NCBI GenBank assembly: GCA_964016885.1
Contig: CAXHJY010000517.1
Coordinates: 1-64,000, forward strand
Reading direction: 5' to 3'
Source of the DNA: Eledone cirrhosa
Lineage: Eukaryota
DNA length: 64,000 bases
Part shown: piece by piece, positions 36,928 to 51,130 of the stretch
How the letters are laid out: each line of letters starts with the position of its first letter
Numbering within the stretch: position 1 is the first letter of the stretch
Notes under the pieces: model-generated
The model's input: the letters and a program-made list of their open reading frames with translations, nothing else
Database searches by the model: none
What the model was told of the DNA's origin: nothing
Program-made: the position numbers and the translations under genes

Positions 36928-39058
36928 ATATCCGGAATGATAAAGGTGAGCTTGCCCTCACAAGTGCTGAGAAGAAAGATGCATGGAAGAGTCATTATGA
37001 TAGATTACTAAATGAGGAGAATGCATTGGAAGAAGAGACCCTACCCCAAGTAAACCCTATAGAGGGTCCAGCAGTACAAGTCAGCAGCAACGTAGTAAGT
37101 AAGGCAATCAAAGATATGAAGATGGGGAAGGCAACCGGTCCATCGGGTATAGCTGCCGAGATGCTGAAGGCATCTGGGTCTGTAGGTCACACTATAACCA
37201 CACGTATTGTTAACCAGGTAATACTAGAAGGTGTCATACCAAAAGATTGGTGCAGTAGCATCATTGTCAACTGCTACAAAGGTAAAGGTGATGCACTAGA
37301 TAGAGGAAACTATAGAGGTATAAAGCTGATGGACCAGGTCATGAAAGTAACAGAAAGAGTTATAGCACAGTTGATTAGGGACCGGGTGAAACTAGACGAG
37401 ATGCAATTTGGGTTTGTACCAGGAAGAGGGCACCACTGATGCCCTCTTCCTTGTGAGGAAGTTACAGGAAAAGTACCTAGCTAAAAGTAAGCCACTCTAC
37501 TTGGCATTTGTCGACCTTGAGAAAGCTTTGACAGAGTTCCACTTGCTGTAATCTGGTGGGCTCTTAGAAAACTAGGAGTAGATGAATGGCTTGTGAAAGC
37601 GGTGCAAGCCATGTATAGGGGAGCAGTCAGCAAAGTTAGGATTAGCAATGAGTATAGCGAGGAATTTAGCGTACAGATTGGGGTCCACCAGCGCTCTGTT
37701 CTTAGCCCCCTCCTGTTCATCATAGTCCTGCAGGCAATAACGGAGGAGTTTAAGACCGGATGCCCATGGGAACTCCTGTATGCTGATGACCTCGCACTTA
37801 TAGCTGAATCTATGGTAGAACTGGAGAAGAAATTTCAAACTTGGAAGCAGGGACTAGAAAGAAAGGGTCTTAAAGTCAACATGACAAAGACTAAGGTCCT
37901 TGTAAGTAGACGAGAAAACAGAACCCAGATCCCCTCAGGGAAATGGCCTTGCTCAGTATGTAGGAAAGGTGTAAGTAGGAACTCCATTTTCTTCCCCAAA
38001 TGCAAACAATGGGTACACAAGAAATGTAGCAGGGATCTCAGGAAGCTTAATTAAGAATGTAGGCTTCACATGCAGCAGCTGTGCTGGGACAGCAAGCAGC
38101 AAACAGCTACAGGAAACAAGTACCACCAATCTCTGGGAGGGCTCTGTAGAAATAGTAGACAGCTTCTGCTACCTAGGTAACCGAATTAGCAGCGGAGATG
38201 GGTGTTCAGAAGGTACAATAACTAGGGTAAGAACGGGATGGAAGAAGTTTAGGGAACTACTACCACTGCTAGCTGCAAAAGGCTTCTCCCTCAAAATGAA
38301 AGGTAGACTGTATGATGCGTGTATCCGAACAGCGATGTTGCATGGTAGTGAGACCTGGGCGCTGAAGGTGGAAGACTTACGTAGATTAGAGAGAATCGAA
38401 GCCTGCATGCTCCGATGGATGTGTAACAGTAATATACGCGAACGACAAAACATAAATGAATTGAGAGAGAGACTGAGCATAAGAGGAATCAAATGATGTG
38501 TGCAGGCGAGGCGGTTGCGCTGGTATGGACACGTGATGCGTATGAAGGATGACAGCTGCATAAAAAGGTGCAGAGCACTAGAAGTCGATGGAAACCGCGG
38601 AGTGGGGAGACCCAAGATGACCTGGGATGAGGTGATAAAAGCCGACCTTACCCAATTACACCTCTCAAAGACAATGACACACGACCGTGACTTCTGGCGT
38701 CACGCAGTAATACAGAGTACCCGACCTCCCATGGGTACAAGCTGAAGCATATAAACAATATGCCCCCACATCCCCCACCGCAAGGTGGTCGTGGAGGTGC
38801 CAGGGCAAAAAAAGCATCCAGCCCACACTGTAAAGTGGACGTGGAGGCGCCACGAAAAAGCACCCAGCACTCACTGTAAATGAGGTTGGTGTTAGGAAGG
38901 GCATCCAGCTGTAGAAATCAAGCCAAATCAGTTCCTGTATGAGCAAGGCATGGTCAGTCGACCAGACACTGCCCACAACAGGACAACCCGTCTAACCCAT
39001 GCTAGCGTGGAAGAACGGACGTAAAACGGTGATGATGATGATGATGATGATGATGATG
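36928..39058 (+). mobile_element. RTE-clade LINE, 5'-truncated, with PHD-like insertion and (GAT)n tail
   Basis: YKGKGDALDRGNYRGIKL, QFGFVPGRG, FVDLEKAFD, GVHQ.SVLSPLLF, LYADDL, MLHGSETW, RLRWYGHV, GRPK.TW. Confidence 0.9.
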
Positions 39059-39059
39059 T

Positions 39060-39931
39060 GTGTGTGTGTGTGTGTGTGTGCATTTATCGTAATAAATTAA
39101 TATTTATTATATTATATTAAATCACTATATTAGTTCTGCCTTCATGGGAAGAATGAACTCTAAATAATGAATATGTTATTGTACAATATATCTATATTTG
39201 CACAAACTATATATAGCGTTAAACCGAAACGGTAATTATGATTAAGTTATTATACATTATAAATATAGATGCAAAAAACCAAATGCAGAGATATACATAA
39301 CTAATAATATGATTATGTTATTATATAATATACACATATTTGCCAAAAATTAGGTATAGAGAGATATACTAAGTATTAATGAGACAGTATACTTTTGGTA
39401 AATGATAACGATTATAATCATATATAATAGATTCAAACATGCAAAAGTTAAATACATACATATATATAAAAGAGTGTAAACGCATGAATGATTCACAGTT
39501 CAAAATAAGGTCCGTAAAAATTTACAGGTTGGATATTTGAACTATATTTAAAACATAGATAGAAAAATAAAGATAGAGAAATAATGGTATGGATCAAAGT
39601 TAATAATATTATGTTACGTATATCAACGTGTCAGCATGTTATGAAACAAGTGGCATTCATTCAAACGTTATTTCTTTTATAGATAGTTATAAGATAAAGC
39701 AATATTAAAGGCCATTATGGTTTTCAACTTTTGATTATGTACGTCTAAAACCCAAGTTTAGTTGCTTAGTGTTTTTTCCTGGTCTTATGGGAGGCTTGAA
39801 ACGTAGACAAAGCTTTATGAAGGCAATTAGAGAATAATTGACTTTTTTTGTTAATTAAGAACTATTATTAACTTCAACAATGAGTATTGGACTCGCTCAG
39901 ATAGAAATAGAAACTTTGATATTACTATGGG

Positions 39932-39933
<2 letters not shown>
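39060..39933 (-). mobile_element. Penelope-like element 3' remnant with an inverted RT piece
   Basis: Minus strand LINKKSQLFSNCLHK (~39810-39858) resembles a PLE endonuclease C-terminus. On + strand, 39858-39933 reads RTIINFNNEYWTRSDRNRNFDITMG, matching ORF 42379-43410. Confidence 0.65.
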
Positions 39934-39974
<41 letters not shown>

Positions 39975-40195
39975 GGCTGAAAAATCTGCGTTAATCATTA
40001 TACTTTAGACAATGTATCTACTTGACTGTTACATTAAAGCAACGTTTTTCTTACTCATACCTTCTCTATTGAATTTATTACGTTTTCGCATTTTCTCATT
40101 ATTAGGGTATAAATGTTGAGTTTTCTCATAGGTTAATCACTACCTTCATTAAATCTTAACCATTTAACATCTCAGGGTATGTCATGTATCATTAT

Positions 40196-40248
40196 ATTTT
40201 GTCTGATGAGGACGTACTGTTGTACCTCTGAAATATGTATAATAAAAT
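40196..40248 (+). ncRNA. Hammerhead motif (family B) in a terminal repeat (39973-40372)
   Basis: ATTTTGT-CTGATGA-GGACGTAC(TGTT)GTACCTCT-GAAA-TATGTA-TA-ATAAAAT. Confidence 0.75.
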
Positions 40249-40367
40249 TTAATTGATCAATATTTGTATTTTAATGTTAATAACTCTGGAAAATATTTAA
40301 CTGTAGAGTGCTTCCAATCTACTGTAAAACTTATTCTTTGATGTACTCATTGAATCTTGTTTAACTC

Positions 40368-40435
<68 letters not shown>

Positions 40436-40690
40436 CGAAGAAAATGTGGTAAGGAACCAGGTGGACCATAACGCACCAAAGTACTCAATACTTGGGTAAT
40501 AGGAACGAGTAGGACCCCGACGGCTGAGCTCAAGCCGTTTCGACGGCTAAGAATTAGCTGTCAAAACGGCTTCAGCTCAGCTTTCGGGATCCTACTCGTT
40601 CCTATATACATATATATATATGTATATATATGTATATATATATATTAAAATACAAATATTAATAAAATAGATGTTCTTTTGATCAATTAC

Positions 40691-40743
40691 ATTTTATTAT
40701 ACATATTTCGGATGTACAACAGTACGTCCTCATCAGACAAAAT
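40691..40743 (-). ncRNA. Hammerhead motif (family B), best-paired copy
   Basis: ATTTTGT-CTGATGA-GGACGTAC(TGTT)GTACATCC-GAAA-TATGTA-TA-ATAAAAT. Confidence 0.8.
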
Positions 40744-42089
40744 ATAATGATACATCACATACCCTGAGATGTTAAATGGTTAAGATTTAATCAAGGTAGT
40801 GATTAACCTAAGAGAAAGTTTAACATGTATACCCTAATAATGAGAAAATGCGAAAACGTAATAAATTCAATAGAGAATGTGTGAGTAAGAAAAACGTTGC
40901 TTAATGTAACAGTTATAGAGATTTTTAAATGTATGATACTACAATTTATGTTTATCTAGGAAAACAGTCAATGAGAGTCACTGGAATAGGATATATAGAG
41001 AGGGAAAGATAAGGGGTAATATATGTAGAAGGAGATTTTCCGAAAGTTAAACGGTTAAGTTTGAAAATATTTCATTTATGCTATTTTAGAGTGAAGAATC
41101 AAGATTTTAGGGGGTTTTTTTCTTTTAAATTTATACTTATATTTATTAGTTTTGTAAATTCTATAAGTGTGTTAACATTTCTAAACTTCTGAATTTTATG
41201 TGGATAACATTTAAAGGATTTAGCTGGCCAGTAGAAAGAAAAGTTTACACTGTTGAATATTTTCCTAAATGTAAACTTTACCGAAGATAATCATTGTCAA
41301 CATATATGGTATGTAAATCTTATGAAGTACTTATTGTTAGAAATATTTAAATAACGATTATGTATATAGATATATATTAATGAGCCAGTATATTTTAGGT
41401 AAATGATAACGAAAATAAAAATAAAATAATAGATTGAGGCATGCTAAAGTTAAATATATACCTATATATAACAGGGTGTAAATGCCTTAATTATTCATAG
41501 TTCGAAATAAATAATAATCAAGAAATTTAGAAGTTAACTAAAAATTATATATAGAAAGATACAGGGAGGTATATATGGATATAGATTAGGTATTATTGAT
41601 ACAGTATACTTTAGGTAAATGATAACAGTTATAATTTTATATAATAAAGTTCGAACGTGTTATAGTTAAATACATTATATATAAGAAAAGCAATAATAAA
41701 TGCATGGATAATTCAGAGTTCAAAATAAGGTCTATAATAATTCATAGTTTGTATTTTTTCTATAATTGAATCAATGCAGTAGGTATATTTAAAAAACGTA
41801 GAAAATATAATTACATACATATTATAAATAAGAGATCAAAAACACATGAAAGATTCACAGTTAGAAATAAGTTCCGTAAAAAATGTATGGGTTGTATATT
41901 AAACTAAAATTTAAAACTTAGATAGGAAGATAAAGATAGAGAAATAAAGAAATAATGGTATGGGTCAAAGTTAATAATATTATGTTATGTATATCAATGT
42001 TTCGGCATGTTATTGAACAAGTGTCTTTCATTCGAGCGTTTTTACGGTCTGAGTTCAAATCCTGCCAAGGTTAACTTTGCCTTTCATCC

Positions 42090-43390
42090 TTGCAATTGGT
42101 GTTTTAACTGCGACCGAAGCAGGGTAGGGGGGGGGGGCGAACCATATGACTGATTTAGTTCTAGTTCTTATCCTCGATTTATTTGGCGTATGGGTGTTTG
42201 AATTATAATTATTAGAGTTTCTCTTATATATGTTATTATTTTTATTAAGATTAATACTTGGATTATTATTATCTACATATTCTATATTATTCATATATCC
42301 TGCTCTTTTTAACGCGTTGTTGTAGTATTCAGAGTTTTCATCGAATATAACTTTATTTTATTAATTCGTTTTTGCACACTATTTACTATAGCTTTTTTTT
42401 ACAGATTTAGGGTGATTGGAATAGTTACTAACATAGTTTAAGTTTTCATTGGGCTTATGAAAAGGGTAATAGAAGCCAGTGTTTAAGTTAAAGGTAACGT
42501 CTAGGAAATTAACTATTTTGGTACCATTTTCTACTTCTAACTTAAGGTCGTACATTTTAAAGAATTCTATTATACTTTTCTTTACTCTATTTAGTTCTAT
42601 ATTGTTGTGTTTGACCACGGTAAATAAAATGTCGTCCCTATATAAAACACCGGTAATCTCCGGCAGTTTTCTATTTATCATATTTAATATGAAAATTCCC
42701 AGAAGATCTGTGATTTGCGCGGAATCGGATGCCCCCATAGTGATATCAAAGTTTCTATCTCTATCTGAGCGGGTCCAATATTCGTTGTTGAAGTTAATAA
42801 GAGTTCTTCTGGCTGTTAGTATTATATCTATTTCATCCGTGGTTATATCTGTATGCTTATAAGCATATGAAAGAGCCTTATTTAGAAGGTTAGGTGCTAT
42901 GGAAGAATAGTAGCTAGTAATGTCCATCTGGATGAATTTATGGTTTTTCTTATCTTCTATATTCGTGTACCATTCTATGACTTCGTTTGTATCTTTCCAT
43001 AAGCTCAAATTAGATCTCAATTTAAGAGTGGGTAATATTTTATCGATGATGTTTTTACTGATTACTCCAATATCCGATTTCGATGGAGCAATCAGTCTAA
43101 CTGGCATCTCTTCCTCAAAGTTTCTTTTGTGATCCTTCAAGTTAATCCTCGGCTTCCTAGGTAAGAATGGCTCGGTTCTTCCTTGTATTCCTAAATTGGT
43201 AATTAATTTGTAGGCTTCTTCATTAATTTCAGTAAGATCATCAGCCGGGGCTTTTTTGTAATTTTTCCTAAGTTCCTTTAAAATCAAGTTGTTATATTCA
43301 TCTTTGCTTATCCCATATAAATTATTAGTTTTGTCAGATTTAACCAATACTTTGTTAACATTTTTTATTTCCGTGATTTTTTTCTTTTGG
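42090..43390 (-). pseudogene. Penelope-like reverse transcriptase fragment
   Basis: KSDKTNNLY, LKDHK, PVRLIAP, MDITSYYSSI, ITMGASDSAQI, LYRDD, VNFLDVTF, SNHP, then VIWFAPP after a frameshift. No GIY-YIG seen. Confidence 0.85.
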
Positions 43391-43443
43391 AAATCTACTG
43401 TAAAACTCATTCTTTGATATACTCATTGAATTTTGTTTAACTC

Positions 43444-43529
<86 letters not shown>

Positions 43530-43537
43530 AGTACAGA

Positions 43538-43782
43538 TGCTAGCAAATATATATGTTATGTCCTAGTACCTTTGTGGTTCTATGAGGGGGATGCAGAACA
43601 ATTATATGAAAGACGTAAAATAAGAAAATTTTAAAAATTAAAAATTAACTTACTAAAATTTTTAAGTAAGTTAATTTTTAATTTTTAAAATTTTCTTATT
43701 TTACGTATTTCATATAATTGTTCTGCATCCCCCTGCATAGAACCACAAAGGTACTAGGAAATAACATATATATTTGCTAGCA
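43538..43782. repeat. Fold-back, ~117-bp arms
   Basis: 43538-43654 is the reverse complement of 43665-43782, with few mismatches. Confidence 0.9.
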
Positions 43783-44107
43783 TGGGTGTACATCTGTACA
43801 CATATGTTGGTAGATATACTAATTCTCTATATTTATCTCCAAATTATTTGTTGAGTAAAACTTGCCAAAATTTACTGCTGTGATTCATGGTAGTAGTAGG
43901 CTATTGTCATAATACCACCCCACTCCTCACTGATTAACCTCAGTGTCACGTGATTGATTCTTTAGAATCTGCCACTGACCAAAGAGGCAGTGAATTTTTT
44001 AGTGCTTTGGAATTTAGTCCCCGCTAGCTTTATTCCATCCACTGAATTATTATTTTTATATGGGTTCCTAGTGTCTGCGCATTGCCTGGGAACTTAGCTG
44101 AGAATAG

Positions 44108-44189
44108 ACTCCCTGATGACGTAAGGAATTCTCTATAGTTATATTACGTAACTATATTTATCCCCTTACAGAAACTAATTAGTTGGAGT
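44108..44189 (+). ncRNA. Type-I hammerhead (family E) with expanded stem II
   Basis: ACTCC-CTGATGA-C-GTAAGG...CCTTAC-A-GAAA-CTAATTAG-TT-GGAGT. Confidence 0.75.
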
Positions 44190-44241
44190 GAAAATTTTAG
44201 TAAGTTAATTTTAAATTTTTAAAATGTTCTTATTTTACGTC

Positions 44242-44300
<59 letters not shown>

Positions 44301-44305
44301 GAAGA

Positions 44306-45229
<924 letters not shown>

Positions 45230-45234
45230 CATGT

Positions 45235-45352
45235 GGAGGCGTGTGGCTGAGTGGTTAGAGAACTGGATTCACAATCGTGCGGTTGTGAGTTCGATTCCCG
45301 AACCGGGCGATGCGTTATGTCCTTGAGCAAGACACTTTATTTCACGTTGCTC
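45235..45352 (+). mobile_element. tRNA-derived SINE head/core
   Basis: A box TGGCTGAGTGG, B box GTTCGATTCC, core GTCCTTGAGCAAGACACTTTATTTCACGTTGCTCC. Confidence 0.85.
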
Positions 45353-45689
45353 CTTCTACCTGGAGTTGCGACCGATAGATAGTATTAGCAATTGGAAAGA
45401 CCACTGGAAACACTATTTCCTCGCTCCGATTTGACGAAAGTCGATCGACTGTCGATATATATACATAAATACGACAGACTCGTGGATTTCTGTGTGGTTC
45501 GTAGCGTGTATATATTGCATCATTTATATTACATAAAATATATATATAACACATGTATGTGTGTGTCTGTTATAAATATATATATGACACATGTATGTGT
45601 GTGTCTGTTAAAAATATATATATAACACATGTATGTGTGTGTCTGTTCGAAACCGGTTTAACTACGAGTTTACATATGCCGAATGCCGA

Positions 45690-46457
45690 ATAGAGTTGTT
45701 TGTTTACACTCTGGCTGTTCCCTTTATTTACATGTCCTAACGACTTTCTTTAGCCGACTTTCTTTAAAGCGAAGAAATACCGATGATGGTTGGAAGATAA
45801 GTGATGAAGGACCACTTTATTCATATGTAACCCATTTGCAACTCCGCAGCACGTTTATTCTCATATTTACACATATTTTTCTCCCGCTATGACCCGTCTA
45901 TTTCGCTCTTACTGCTTTCTCTTTCTCTGTATCTTTACCCTCTCTAACAGTCACTCTCTCTGTTAGCCTCTTCCTCACCCTTCACTCACTCACTCTCTGT
46001 TACTACCTCTCCTCCCCCTCCTTCTTCCCGGTTGACCTGTGCGTAATTCTTTTCTTTCGCACGCTTGGCCAGGCCGGTCGGCATTTTTTCCTCTCTCTCG
46101 TCTACGATTTCACAGAACTTATGTTTACCGAATTCACAGACTAGACCCCTTCTTCCTCCCGTTAGACCTGTGCGAAATTCCTTCCTTGCTCACATTTCAA
46201 CCAGGTTTGATGATCTTTATTCTCTCTCGTTCACGATTTCACCGAACTTATATTCATGGAAATTTTGGGACTTGACTCCTTCTTCCTCATTTTTCGTTGC
46301 TTCACCATCTTTGTTTGTTTACACTCTCGCTGTTCCCTTTATTTACATGTCCCAACGACTTTCTTTAGCCGTTGCTCGCACCAACCGGAGGTATATGGTC
46401 TTTAAAGCGAAGAAATACCGATGATGGTTGGAAGATCACTGATGAAGGACCACTTTA

Positions 46458-46462
<5 letters not shown>
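45690..46462 (+). mobile_element. Partially tandem interspersed element bracketed by ~70-bp inverted repeats (45620-45695 / 46510-46580)
   Basis: 45697-45825 is repeated at 46312-46462. Homologous to 34538-35082. Confidence 0.7.
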
Positions 46463-46507
<45 letters not shown>

Positions 46508-46575
46508 CATAACTCTATTCGGCATATGTAAACTCATAGTTAAACCGGTTTCGAACAGACACACACATACATGTG

Positions 46576-46620
<45 letters not shown>

Positions 46621-46778
46621 TACTGCCGCACACACTTATATGGTTATGTATATAATCATATTACGTATATATTACATACACATCACAAACATATGTCAAC
46701 TACGTAGGACTTATTCTCTTTACGAACTGGTAATTTTGGTGGTTACATCTGTACAATTAATATGGGTGATTATGGCTA

Positions 46779-46838
46779 TTACCTCATGATGAAGTCATAG
46801 CCATTCAATGGCTATCATCGAAATATATATAGCAGTAA
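46779..46838 (+). ncRNA. Degenerate hammerhead (family D relative; C3>A, stem I eroded)
   Basis: ATGATGA-AGT-C-ATAGCCA(TTCAA)TGGCTAT-CATC-GAAA-TATATA-TA-GCAGTAAATAAA. Confidence 0.6.
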
Positions 46839-46881
46839 ATAAAGGATTGTGAGTTCATGCAATTGACTTATGTTTCGTCAC

Positions 46882-46973
<92 letters not shown>

Positions 46974-47486
46974 GATAGATAACCAAATTAAGAAATTTGT
47001 TTATAGGGAAAGAAGGGACCTTATATCGTAAAAGAAACACAGTATATTGTATATATATTTCAAATACATATTCAATAGAAGAATATGTACACAGATGGAA
47101 TCGTAAATGAGACGTTATAGCGCTAAACAACCTTCTATTGAATATGTATTTGGTATATATACAATAAACCCTTATATATACAATATAACCCTTCTATTGA
47201 ATATAGCCATTTTTCTATATACATAAACATATATCTTTTAATTTGATTATTATGACTCTAGATAAAGTCTGTTGAGCTTACTGAGAAACGCAAAAGTCCA
47301 AATATATTATGTTTTGATTTATATATATATATGAAGTACGAAATTTATATACATATTGTTTAAAGCTATGCTTGAAGCGAAATCCTATTTTATATGTGAA
47401 AAAATGTGGAGAAGAATACTGCAGGTTGCACATGGATAACATGTTATAAAATGAGTCCCTCATCAGTGATTTGCCAACGATCATAG

Positions 47487-47533
<47 letters not shown>

Positions 47534-47540
47534 CACTTAT

Positions 47541-47938
47541 ATGGTGGCTGCAAAACTCGATTTCGAGTACGGCCATTACTTTATATCCATGTAGGAGAAC
47601 CCCTACTGATGCGCTGAACGAGTGTGACTTTTTAGTCCAGCCAACGACTTGAAAACTTTGGTACAAACACTACACTTGTGACAATTACTGGCACATAGTG
47701 CTGGGCCCATTGTACCCTGTGATGACAAGTGCAGAGAGATCTCCAGATATAAAGCAATACCTCTACCGTGAAGCTTTTATAGTGAGCAAAGGCACTGCAC
47801 AAAGCCAGTCCCACTCTCTTATCCAAGATGATATTTACCAAAAAGAAGAACACGTCAACATTATTGGATACCATCAGGGTTGCAGGTGCTATATCAGAGT
47901 TTTCCTTCTAGAATTCTGCCTTGACAAAGGCTAAGGGG
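47541..47938 (-). mobile_element. Bipartite non-autonomous RTE derivative, full ~400 bp
   Basis: 47760-47938 resembles the 5'UTR at 54350-54550. 47541-47690 is a C2H2 remnant plus tail. Confidence 0.8.
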
Positions 47939-47939
47939 T

Positions 47940-48050
<111 letters not shown>

Positions 48051-48157
48051 ATATATATATATAGTAATAATAATAAATTTGAAGACTAAAATCCAAAGAG
48101 GGTTCGATAAGGATAAATATATATCAAATATAAAAGAACCGTAGAGCAAATATATAT

Positions 48158-48415
48158 AAATGCGTAAACAGAGACTCAGATTTGCTGGCCACTGTTGGCG
48201 CAGCAAGGAAGAAATGGCAGGTGATGTGTTGTTATGGAGTCCATCTCATGTAGCAAGAAACGCTGGTCGTCCCAAGAAGACATACATCAAGCAACTTGAG
48301 GACAATACTGGATGCACTGCGGAAGAACTGGCCAACGCTATGAGAGACAGAGATCGATGAAGGAAACGTGTCATAGAAAACCAAGCAAGCTCGACCTGAT
48401 GATGATAATGATGAT
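48158..48415 (+). mobile_element. RTE/RTE-X-type LINE 3' fragment
   Basis: RLRFAGHCWR..LLW.P..GRPKKTY..AMRDRD; (TGA)n tail. Confidence 0.8.
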
Positions 48416-48448
48416 ATATATATATATATACCTATATATGTATATATA

Positions 48449-48556
<108 letters not shown>

Positions 48557-48559
48557 CTA

Positions 48560-48620
<61 letters not shown>

Positions 48621-48649
48621 CTATATATATATATATATATATATAGCTA

Positions 48650-48709
<60 letters not shown>

Positions 48710-48741
48710 GCTATATATGTATATATATATATATATAGCTA

Positions 48742-48810
<69 letters not shown>

Positions 48811-49076
48811 GTATACATATATATATATATGTATGTATATATATATATATATATATATCGAGGGAGTGTAACGTGAAGTTACTGTAGGTGAGTACTCAAT
48901 GTTTAGATTCACATCTGTAACGAGGTGTAGAGCTAAACAGAGTGTAATATAATAATACAAGGAGGATTTGTTAAGCCTTCATTACGTTTATTGATTGGTG
49001 ACGCCCGTTTCGCTATTGATCAGCTCAAGGTTCGATCTGTATCGATCTGGCCTGATTCTGTCATTACAACAGCAGA

Positions 49077-49160
49077 GGTCCGACGAGCTTTTGATTCCAG
49101 AGTTAGCCAGATCGATACAGATCGAACCTTGAGCTGATCAATAGCGAAACGCGTTTCACC
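49077..49160 (+). ncRNA. Hammerhead motif (family C), with an inverted 3'-half copy at 48950-49055
   Basis: GGT-CCGACGA-GCTTTTGAT...ATCAATAGC-GAAA-CGCGTT-TC-ACC-AATCAATAAA. Confidence 0.65.
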
Positions 49161-49214
49161 AATCAATAAACGTGATGAAGGCATAACAAATCGTCCTTGT
49201 ATTATTATCATGTA

Positions 49215-49390
49215 TTGGCAGTATCAGTAGAGGGTTGGACGCTATGCTTTCTAGCATAGTTAGGTCCCTTTACGGTTTGAGTTCAAATCCCGTCGAGGTT
49301 AACTTTACCTTTCATCCTTAAGGGGTCGATAAAATAAAGTACCAGTAATGTACTGAGTAATTGCTGGCCTTGTGCCTAAAGTAGAAACAA
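49215..49390 (+). mobile_element. tRNA-SINE family 2 (also 62168-62325, 42040-42092, tail 61055-61110)
   Basis: GAGTTCAAATCC..AACTTT(G/A)CCTTTCATCCTT..GGTCGATAA..GTACCAG. Confidence 0.8.
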
Positions 49391-49559
49391 TTATCATTAT
49401 TATATATATGAGCTGTGTATAATCACACATATATGTTGAAAATGTATCCAGCATGGCCTCAGCCGGATGACTGGAACAGGTAAAAGAGGGTAAAATAGTA
49501 AAGGTCAAGTTGATGTCAGGTCGAAGATTGTGTCGGTGATATCGACGTTATGTGATTGG

Positions 49560-49790
49560 GAGTACAGTACTCGCCATATCTTGGATAGGACGCTAGTCCT
49601 TCGCAGGCTAACACCCACCTGCTGATGCTAGTGGTACTCATTTTCGGTGGAATGGACTGGAGTAACGTGGAATGAAGTTTTTAGTTACAGAACCCAACGT
49701 GTCACCCAGTCCAGGAATCAAACCTCCTGACATGACGATCATAGACCCAACACTACTAACCGCAAGGTCGTGTGCCCTCACTCACACCCA
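49560..49790 (-). mobile_element. Diverged tRNA-SINE (family of 45235)
   Basis: Minus strand GCGGTTAG...GTTTGATTCC...CACGTTACTCCAGTCCA. Confidence 0.55.
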
Positions 49791-50248
49791 GGCACGTATG
49801 TGTGTTTAAATACACTCCTATATATATGTTGCGTACATCCGAGAACAATCCCACAGGTTTCTATTTACTCCCACACCTACCACTTACTCTGACCATTCCT
49901 ACTTATTCACTAAATATCTATGTAGATAAAGTGTCAAACGAAAACTTTCCTCTCATATATCCTGATGGTGACAGACCTTGCCTAATCCCACTGGAATACA
50001 CGGGGTGAATACAGACATACCTACATACATACACTCATACATATATATACACATACATATATACATGCATACATACATACATACATACATACATACATAC
50101 ATACATACATACATACATACATACATACATACATACATACATACATACATACATACATGATTGCTGCCCTCTCGTTATCGAGTATGGCCATTGCACGAGA
50201 AGAAGAAAAAAAACAATAAATAAATAAATAAATAAATAAATAAAATAA

Positions 50249-50333
<85 letters not shown>

Positions 50334-50471
50334 TACATACATACATATATACATACACACATACATACACATACACACACACATATACACACACACATAC
50401 ATTAATAACAACAATAATAATAATAATAATAATAATAATAGCAATAATAATAATAACGACAACAACAATAA

Positions 50472-50640
50472 TGTTTTCGTTATTAACCACAAGGGTTCAC
50501 ATAAAGTAGACATTAAGGACAGTACAGGACAATACAGGACGGTACAAATGGGCATTTCTGCGTGTAAAAAAACAGAGGTTGAAATAAAATAACAAAGAAA
50601 AATTCCCCAATAGGGGGGAGACTTCCAAGGGACATTTGTG
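50472..50640 (-). mobile_element. Tx1-family 3'UTR fragment
   Basis: Minus strand GTCTCCCCCCTATTGGGGAA...CCCTTGTGGTTAATAA resembles 13066-13197. Confidence 0.6.
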
Positions 50641-50663
50641 GAGACACACGCACGCACATAAGC

Positions 50664-50695
<32 letters not shown>

Positions 50696-51130
50696 GATAG
50701 CAACTAACAGTGCTGCGATCGAATGTGGCTTTTTAGCCCAGCCAATGATCTAAAATGTCTTGCACAGAGTCGGCAACCAAAACATTTACTGGGAATAGTC
50801 GGCTGTGGTTGGAGTTCGTGTACTTTTGCATGTCGCTTGAGCCCTCCTGCTGATTTACATTCTCTACCACATGTTTGGCAAGCATGATGAGTAGCATCTC
50901 CAACAGCAGCCTGGTAGTCAACCACTGGTCTTACTTTATGACTGCGAAGATGACTTTCGAGTCCAGCTTTGCTTAGGCAGTCTCGCACAGACGCTGCATG
51001 TCAGCACCATAGGAGGACCCTCGCCGTCTGGAAGTGCAACAGCAATGCCCTTCCTCACATCCCGCTTTACTTTCTCGTGTGCGATTCGAGATGCCTCAAA
51101 GGCAACTTTTCCCTCATATACAGTCTTTCT

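Larger units (their letters stand above)
40645..43448 (-). mobile_element. Penelope-like element, 5'-truncated with a short inverted terminal piece (43390-43448), long AT-rich 3' region and HHR
   Basis: PLE-type RT ORF, 3' repeat with hammerhead, flanked by (TA)n. SINE fragment at ~42040-42092. Confidence 0.8.

Noticed and set aside
45235-45310. tRNA gene
   Set aside because: A/B boxes are present but there is no acceptor stem, and it continues into the SINE core.
45368-45456. GAAAGTCGATCGACTG palindrome resembling HHR stem III
   Set aside because: G at the cleavage position and no convincing core or stem II.
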